Below, piece after piece: positions 58,538 to 64,000 of a stretch of 64,000 nucleotides of DNA (within the stretch, counting starts at the first letter, position 1; each line of letters opens with the position of its first letter). Under the pieces are notes generated by a model, which had not been told where the DNA came from, did no database searches, and saw only the letters and a list, made by a program, of their open reading frames with translations. The stretch covers positions 42,063-106,062 of the forward strand of contig DAOPKN010000005.1 of the NCBI GenBank assembly GCA_035391225.1, in the 5' to 3' direction. The position numbers and the translations under genes were made by a program. This stretch comes from Thermotogota bacterium. Lineage in GTDB: Bacteria > Thermotogota > Thermotogae > MWEM01.

Positions 58538-58568
58538 CCGCCGCACATTCGTGCGGCGTTTTCTTTTC
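58538..58568 (+). terminator. Rho-independent terminator after the LexA-like gene
   Basis: CGCCGCAC-ATTC-GTGCGGCG hairpin followed by TTTTCTTTTCC. Confidence 0.65.
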
Positions 58569-58774
58569 CCGGGGCACAACCCGAAAGTCCAGCACATGAG
58601 AAAACCGGGTCACTGCCGCGAAAAAGGGAGAAGGGATGCGGGAGCAAACTGGTATATACCAGAAACCTTCGAGAATCGCCCAACGGAAAACCTACGCGTG
58701 CCTAATGGGGATTGATCGCCTGTCGTTTCATGTGACCAAATTTGCAAATAAGCGGAAATCAATATATGATAAAA

Positions 58775-58801
58775 CCAGTGGTCTATACCGGAGGCCACTG
58801 G
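58775..58801 (+). promoter_or_regulatory. GntR/HutC-type operator (CCAGTGGTCTATACCGGAGGCCACTGG; core GGTCTATACC) overlapping the frlR-like promoter
   Basis: Core matches the HutC-subfamily consensus GT-N-TA-N-AC. Flanked by a 7-bp inverted repeat CCAGTGG/CCACTGG. 15 nt upstream of the GntR start codon. Confidence 0.55.
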
Positions 58802-58815
58802 GGAATGGAGGAGTC

Positions 58816-59550
58816 ATGGAAAGCGTGTTCTACCTGTTGCCCAAGTACCACCAAATCAAAGAGTTGCTCATTGAAAAAATTGAAAACGGGGAATTCAAGG
58901 CCGGAGACAAGCTTCCTTCCGAAAGGGACATCAGTGAAACGTACTCGGTGAGCCGTATGACGGCGCGCAAGGCGTTGCTCGAAGTGATCAACGCGGGGCA
59001 TGCTTTCACAAGGCCGGGGTGTGGAACGTACGTGAAGGAAAGGACCGTGGACAATTACCTGACAAGGCTCGAGGGCTTTTCCTACATGGTGAAGCGGAGT
59101 TCGGGGAAGGAAACGATTTCCCGGGAAATCCACAAGCAAGTCATTGAAGCGGACAGTATCCTGGCATTGAAGCTGAAAGTGCCCATTGGAACACCCATCA
59201 ACATGATCGCCCGGTCCCGGGTCGTGGACAACGAACCCATCGCCTTCGAGTATTCGTTTACGAAGGCCAGCGACTTTCCCGGTTTACTAAAGATCGATTT
59301 CAGTCGGAATTCCCTCTTTGAAACGATGACCAACAAGTACAACGTGGAGATTGTCCATGCTACGCAGACCCTGGAGATCGTGTACTCGGATTCCGAAGTC
59401 TCCGAGGTCCTGGAAGTGCCGAGGAAAACCGCCTTGTTCCTTTTCAAGGATGTCAGCGAGGACAAGGATGGAAGGCCAGTGGAATTTTGCGTGCGCTACG
59501 TGCGCGGAGACAAGTGCCATTTCCACAACGAAATCCACAAGGTGGAATGA
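58816..59550 (+). CDS. GntR-family (HutC/UTRA subfamily) transcriptional regulator, FrlR-like
   Basis: ATG at 58816. N-terminal wHTH (YHQIKELLIEKIENGEFKAGDKLPSERDISETYSVSRMTARKAL). C-terminal UTRA domain. Precedes the frlD-like kinase. Confidence 0.8.
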   Translation: MESVFYLLPKYHQIKELLIEKIENGEFKAGDKLPSERDISETYSVSRMTARKALLEVINAGHAFTRPGCGTYVKERTVDNYLTRLEGFSYMVKRSSGKETISREIHKQVIEADSILALKLKVPIGTPINMIARSRVVDNEPIAFEYSFTKASDFPGLLKIDFSRNSLFETMTNKYNVEIVHATQTLEIVYSDSEVSEVLEVPRKTALFLFKDVSEDKDGRPVEFCVRYVRGDKCHFHNEIHKVE

Positions 59551-59584
59551 AAATTTTCCCCCTTTCCAGTTGAAGGAGAAACGA

Positions 59585-60469
59585 ATGTTGAAAGCCATAG
59601 GGATCGGAGATAACGTTGTCGACAAGTACATACACCAAGGCATGATGTACCCCGGGGGAAACGCGTTGAATTTCAGTGTTTTCGCCAAGAAGCTCGGGGC
59701 ACAAGCAGCCTACATGGGCATTTTCGGGGATGACGAAGCGGCAAGCCACATCAAGGCAGTGCTGGATGAAATAGGCATCGATTATTCCCACAGCCTCTCG
59801 TTGCATGGGCCAAACGGTTTTGCCAGGGTGAGCCTGGAAGACGGCGAGCGCGTTTTCCTCCCGGGAAACAAGGGGGGTGTCAGCAAAAACCATCCTCCCT
59901 CTTTTGATCCAGAGGATTTGGCTTACATCAAAGGCTTCGATATCCTGCACACCAGCTGCTACAGCTACATCGAACCCCAACTGGAAACACTCGCTTCCAC
60001 GGGCGTACCCATTTCCTTCGACTTTTCTGATCGGCTTTCCGACGCGTACCTTTCCCAGGTAGGAAAAAGCATCCAGTTCGCTTTCCTTTCCTGCGGGGAC
60101 ATGGAAACCTCCCAGGTGAAAGAAAAAGTGAAAACAGCCGTCCAGGCTGGCTGCGTTTTTGCCGTGGCAAGCCGCGGTGGGAAAGGGGCCCTGTTTTTCA
60201 ACGGGGAGGAATACATCGAGCAGCACGCATTCCTCGTGAAGCCGGTGGACACGATGGGAGCAGGGGATTCGTTTTTGGCAGGCATGCTCATCGACTTACT
60301 GGGAAAGGACGCCTTGTTCACAAAAGACCCGGAGTTGATCAAGGAATCGATGGATTTCGCCGCGAGGAAGGCCGCCCAAACCTGCATGGTTAACGGAACG
60401 TTTGGTTACGGCAAAGCATACGAATCCTCCCGAACGATGGGAGTATCTCATAAGGAGGGATTGGAATGA
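59585..60469 (+). CDS. PfkB-family sugar kinase, fructoselysine/fructosamine 6-kinase (FrlD)-like
   Basis: ATG at 59585 after GAAGGAG. AIGIGDNVVDKY, GGNALNFSVF, DTMGAGDSFLAGML closely parallel E. coli FrlD (IGDNCVDIY / GGNAVNVAVY / DTMGAGDSFIAGFL, from memory). Confidence 0.75.
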   Translation: MLKAIGIGDNVVDKYIHQGMMYPGGNALNFSVFAKKLGAQAAYMGIFGDDEAASHIKAVLDEIGIDYSHSLSLHGPNGFARVSLEDGERVFLPGNKGGVSKNHPPSFDPEDLAYIKGFDILHTSCYSYIEPQLETLASTGVPISFDFSDRLSDAYLSQVGKSIQFAFLSCGDMETSQVKEKVKTAVQAGCVFAVASRGGKGALFFNGEEYIEQHAFLVKPVDTMGAGDSFLAGMLIDLLGKDALFTKDPELIKESMDFAARKAAQTCMVNGTFGYGKAYESSRTMGVSHKEGLE

Positions 60470-61728
60470 ACAAGAAGGTAATCACCATTTTGTTGATCAC
60501 TGTTTTCCTTGCCAGTGGTTTATTGCTGGCGGCAACAGTGAACCTGAAATTCTTGCACCGCTGGACGCAGGAACCCGACAGGTCATTCTTTGAAGAAGTC
60601 GTGAAGGAGTACGAGGCGTTGAACCCCAACGTCAAGATCGACATCCAAACTGTTTCCAACGATGCCTTCAAGGAAAAGATCAAGGTTATGCTCGGAACCG
60701 CCGAAGCTCCAGACGTATTCTTCACCTGGCCGGGCGAATTCACCAACCGCTTCATCCGCGCAGGAAACGTACTTGACATCACGCCCTACATGCTCGAAGA
60801 TGGCTCCATGTTCCATTACTACGGTTCACAGCTCATTCCCTTTGTCTACGAAGGTGCACTGTACGGGCTTCCCTACCGCCTGGACGGAAAAGTGTTCGTG
60901 TACAACAAGGAGATTTTTGCCCAAGCGGGAATTGATTCCGCACCGCAGACGCTGGACGAATTCATGGAAGACCTCGAAAAGCTGGCCGCACTCGGGATGA
61001 AGCCCATCGCGTTTGGGAACGAGAGGCCCTGGGCCGTGTCCCACTACATCGCGGCGCTGAACCAGAAGTCCGTTCCGGAAGAGATCTGGGAAATCGACAC
61101 CGACCCCGCCATCGGGACTTGGACCGATCCAGGATACGTGAAGGCCCTCGAAATCTACGAGGACCTGGTGCCCTACTTCAACAACTTCACCAACGCCCTG
61201 AAACACGACCAGGCACGGGTTGCCTTCATGCAAGGGCAGCACGCCATGATGTACCTGGAAATCGTGGAAATCCCCGAAATCGAACGGGATGGCCCCGCTG
61301 GCTTCATCGACAAGATCGGCGTGTTCCCGTTCCCCGCAACCGATGGACCTGGGAACCAGAGTTACCTCGTGGGATATCCCGAAGGATTCGTTGTTTCCTC
61401 CAAGACCAAGCATCCCGAAGAAGCCGTGGATTTCTTGAAATTCCTCACGGGCAAAGAGATGGGAAGGCTTGAGCTGGAAATGCTCGGTTGGTTCAACGGG
61501 ATCAAGAACCTTGTGTCCCCCGACGAAGTGAAACCCATCGTGTTCGAAACCACTCAGCTGATCCTTGATTCCGAAAAAATGGTGAACTGGCTCGATTCCT
61601 CGCTGCATGCCAAGATCTGGAGCGTGTACTCCGTGGAATTGCAGAAACTCACCGACTTGGTTACCACGCCCCAAAAGGCGATGGATGCCGTTATCAAGAT
61701 TGCCACGGAAGTCAGGAGCGAGTTCTGA
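60466..61728 (+). CDS. ABC transporter substrate-binding protein (family 1), likely fructosamine/Amadori-compound binding
   Basis: Signal peptide MNKKVITILLITVFLASGLLLA. SBP_bac_1 architecture. ATGA overlap with the kinase. Confidence 0.75.
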   Translation: MNKKVITILLITVFLASGLLLAATVNLKFLHRWTQEPDRSFFEEVVKEYEALNPNVKIDIQTVSNDAFKEKIKVMLGTAEAPDVFFTWPGEFTNRFIRAGNVLDITPYMLEDGSMFHYYGSQLIPFVYEGALYGLPYRLDGKVFVYNKEIFAQAGIDSAPQTLDEFMEDLEKLAALGMKPIAFGNERPWAVSHYIAALNQKSVPEEIWEIDTDPAIGTWTDPGYVKALEIYEDLVPYFNNFTNALKHDQARVAFMQGQHAMMYLEIVEIPEIERDGPAGFIDKIGVFPFPATDGPGNQSYLVGYPEGFVVSSKTKHPEEAVDFLKFLTGKEMGRLELEMLGWFNGIKNLVSPDEVKPIVFETTQLILDSEKMVNWLDSSLHAKIWSVYSVELQKLTDLVTTPQKAMDAVIKIATEVRSEF

Positions 61729-61796
61729 TTCGTTGAATTGCATCTTCTTCCCCGGGGTCGTCGTGGCCCCGGGGGAATTTTGAGTGGGGTTTTACA

Positions 61797-62669
61797 ATGA
61801 CAAGGAAAAGGTACCTGAATTACATGTACGTTCTTCCGGCAATTGCATTCGTGCTGGTGTTCGTGTACTTCCCCATCGTGATGAACTTTTACAACAGCCT
61901 GTTCCGCATGAACAGCTACAGCGATGCCAGGACGTTCGTTGGATTCAAGCATTACGTGAGGATGTTCAATGATCCCATCTTCTACACGGCGATCAAGAAC
62001 AACTTCCTGTATGCCGCGTTTTCCATTCTTTTTCAAGTAGGCCTCGGCATGGTTTTGGCCATTTTCCTCGAGGGCAGGTTTATTGGGAAAAGAATGGGAA
62101 CCTTTTTCCGGAACACCCTATTTATCCCCTCGATCATATCCATCCCGGCGGTTGCCCTGCTTTGGTACTTCATCTACAACCCGCAAATCGGCCTTCTGAA
62201 TGGAATACTTGGTGTAGTGGGACTAGATAGCCTCAAAACTGCCTGGCTCGCCAACCCGAAGACGGCCATCTACTCGGTGATCATGATGAGCCAGTGGCAG
62301 TATACCGGGTACATCATGGTACTGCTGGTGGTGGCGATCCAGAAAATCCCGCGGGAACTGTACGAGTCCGCGGTGATTGACGGGGCCAACGAGTTCCAAA
62401 AAGCAGTGTACATCACCATTCCATCGATAAAAAGCATGCTTGCGGTTACCACTATCATCACGTTCATTGGATCCTTCAAACTGTTCTCCGAGATCTACAT
62501 CATGACCGACGGGGGACCCTACAACACCACCCAGGTGCTCGGGGTGTACATGTATCGGGCGGCGTTCAAGTTCGATGAAATGGGGTATGGATCAGCCGTC
62601 GCCGTGATCATCTTCACCATCACATTCCTGGTTTCCATCCTACAACTCAAATCGTTCAAGAGTACCTGA
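61797..62669 (+). CDS. ABC transporter permease (CUT1, UgpA/MalF-like)
   Basis: 6 TMs. EAA-region AIQKIPRELYESAVIDGAN. Confidence 0.8.
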   Translation: MTRKRYLNYMYVLPAIAFVLVFVYFPIVMNFYNSLFRMNSYSDARTFVGFKHYVRMFNDPIFYTAIKNNFLYAAFSILFQVGLGMVLAIFLEGRFIGKRMGTFFRNTLFIPSIISIPAVALLWYFIYNPQIGLLNGILGVVGLDSLKTAWLANPKTAIYSVIMMSQWQYTGYIMVLLVVAIQKIPRELYESAVIDGANEFQKAVYITIPSIKSMLAVTTIITFIGSFKLFSEIYIMTDGGPYNTTQVLGVYMYRAAFKFDEMGYGSAVAVIIFTITFLVSILQLKSFKST

Positions 62670-62686
62670 GACTACAGGTCGGGGGA

Positions 62687-63529
62687 TTGCGTATGCTGAG
62701 AAGAAACCCATGGTACGTGTTCAATAAAACTTGGATCAACGCCCTGTTTTGGATCCTGATGATCATGATCATCTACCCGCTGTTTTGGATGATCATCAAC
62801 TCGCTGAAGACGAGTACGGAGCTTTTCATCAATTCCTTTGCCATGCCGGAAAAACCCCTTTTCAAGAACTACGTGGATGCATGGAACATGGGATTCGCCG
62901 ACTTCTTTTTGAACAGCATCCTGGTCACTGCCACCTCCGTTGCTGTTACGGTACTGCTTTCCGCGTTTTGCGCCTATGCACTGGCGAGGCTGGATATTCG
63001 TTTCAAAAACACGGTACTGTACCTGATCATCGGGGGGTTGCTGCTCTCGCCCCAGTCTGCCTTGATTTCCCTGTACCGCATATTCGATGTGCTCAACATC
63101 TACAACACCTACTTCGCGATGATTGTCCCCTATATCGCCTTCCGGATTCCCTTTGCCGTTTTCCTCATGTACGGGTATTTCAAAGATTTCCCCGGGGACT
63201 TGGAAGACGCTGCGCGCATAGACGGCTGCAGCACTTTCAAAACATTCCTAAAGATCGTCATGCCCATATCCAAGCCCATTTTAGCCGCTACCGCGATTGT
63301 ATCCTCCATCTTTACCTGGAACGAGTTCCTGTTTGCCCTCGTATTCATCGAAAGCGAAAACCTTGTCACCATACCGGTTGGCTTATCCAGGTTCCGAGAC
63401 GCGCTGCAGACAAACTGGACCGGCATGATGGCGGGGATCATCATTGCGAGCTTGCCCATGATCATAGCATTCTTATTCATGTCCAAAGCGTTTATCAGTG
63501 GACTCACCGCGGGTAGCGTGAAGGGATAA
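62687..63529 (+). CDS. ABC transporter permease (CUT1, UgpE/MalG-like)
   Basis: 6 TMs. EAA-region DLEDAARIDGCSTFKTFLKIVMP. Confidence 0.8.
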   Translation: MRMLRRNPWYVFNKTWINALFWILMIMIIYPLFWMIINSLKTSTELFINSFAMPEKPLFKNYVDAWNMGFADFFLNSILVTATSVAVTVLLSAFCAYALARLDIRFKNTVLYLIIGGLLLSPQSALISLYRIFDVLNIYNTYFAMIVPYIAFRIPFAVFLMYGYFKDFPGDLEDAARIDGCSTFKTFLKIVMPISKPILAATAIVSSIFTWNEFLFALVFIESENLVTIPVGLSRFRDALQTNWTGMMAGIIIASLPMIIAFLFMSKAFISGLTAGSVKG

Positions 63530-63553
63530 ATCCGATTAGGAGGGTAAAAAACA

Positions 63554-64000
63554 ATGGTTAAGAACGACAACGATGTCTACAAGAAGGTCCTTGAAGTAGG
63601 ATTGGCAAAGAGGAGTGAAATCGAGAAGACGGTCAAACAGATCTTCGACGACAACACCATCGAAAACATCTTCCTCGTAGGCTGCGGGGGATCGCTGGCA
63701 GTCATGCTGCCCTGCAAGTTCATCCTGGATGAAATTTCCGACATAACGACCAACGTGTACAACGCCTCGGAGTTTATCAACCTCAAGCCCAAGACGTTCA
63801 CGAAGAACTCGCTGGTGATCGTTTCCTCCTACTCGGGGAAGACACCGGAAACGGTGAAAGCCGCGCAGATGGCCAAGCAAATCGGCGCACCCACCATTGG
63901 TTTCATGGGAAAAGCCGACACACCGCTCGGGGAAGCCGTGGACTTCGTGTTCACCAACCACGCGGAGACCGGCGTCACCGATTCCAAGATCATCATGCTC
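63554..64000 (+). CDS. SIS-domain protein, FrlB-like fructosamine-6-phosphate deglycase (5' part; runs off the window end)
   Basis: ATG at 63554 after AGGAGGG. SIS motif FLVGCGGSLAVM and SYSGKTPET. Position after the ABC genes as in B. subtilis frlB-frlONM-frlD (order permuted). Confidence 0.65.
   Translation, partial: MVKNDNDVYKKVLEVGLAKRSEIEKTVKQIFDDNTIENIFLVGCGGSLAVMLPCKFILDEISDITTNVYNASEFINLKPKTFTKNSLVIVSSYSGKTPETVKAAQMAKQIGAPTIGFMGKADTPLGEAVDFVFTNHAETGVTDSKIIML

Overview
This window is chromosomal DNA from an anaerobic, amino-acid-fermenting, flagellated bacterium. Taxonomic assignment from sequence alone is not secure. The content supports that lifestyle: GC-rich coding (about 55-60% by eye), lysine 2,3-aminomutase, a 2-oxoacid:ferredoxin oxidoreductase, a ptb-buk operon with two buk copies, and L-ring and P-ring genes that imply an outer membrane. 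Coding density is high and Shine-Dalgarno sites are strong (AGGAGG/GGAGG). Many six-frame ORFs are H/R/G-rich antisense artefacts of GC-rich genes and were discarded.

Content from 5' to 3':
- A partial gamma-glutamyltranspeptidase 3' end, two Sec-secreted proteins (one from the AstE/AspA zinc-hydrolase family), and an orphan DctM-like permease with a 47-aa membrane protein.
- A minus-strand flagellar rod/ring operon (flgB, flgC, fliE, flgA, flgH, flgI, flgJ-like).
- birA, an MFS transporter, pcp, and a lipoprotein pair.
- A PuuR-like XRE-cupin regulator with a textbook sigma-70 promoter and operator, upstream of speH-speE.
- A compact 5-gene plus-strand unit: GAF-HD-GYP, an ABC exporter, a DUF1223-like protein, an MFS transporter, and a CheB-like/CheR fusion.
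- Three tandem amidohydrolase paralogs, divergent from the candidate sulfosugar operon.
- A plus-strand operon that is the best candidate for the 'system' in this window: GPH importer, EamA/DMT exporter, Fe-alcohol dehydrogenase, split transketolase (N and C subunits), GH31 glycosidase, and RpiB-family isomerase, closed by a strong terminator. This architecture matches the transketolase-dependent sulfoquinovose (sulfo-TK) degradation logic (no kinase; reductase plus exporter). It also has unexplained extras: the amidohydrolase triplet, no in-locus regulator, and possibly non-canonical GH31 sulfonate-site residues.
- A GGDEF sensor, then pstCAB-phoU-phoB-phoR with no pstS.
- An orphan FepC-type ABC ATPase translationally coupled to a GH13 alpha-glucosidase.
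- A LacI-regulated CUT1 sugar ABC transporter.
- A branched-chain/aromatic amino-acid fermentation operon: aminotransferase, buk2, ptb, buk1, a P-loop ATPase, and vorDABG-like 2-oxoacid:ferredoxin oxidoreductase subunits.
- An ArsB/NhaD-like transporter, kamA, and an orphan CoxM-like FAD subunit.
- A LexA-like repressor.
- A fructosamine (frl-like) locus: GntR regulator with canonical operator, FrlD-like kinase, ABC transporter, and a partial FrlB-like SIS deglycase.

No rRNA, tRNA, CRISPR array or obvious mobile element was found.
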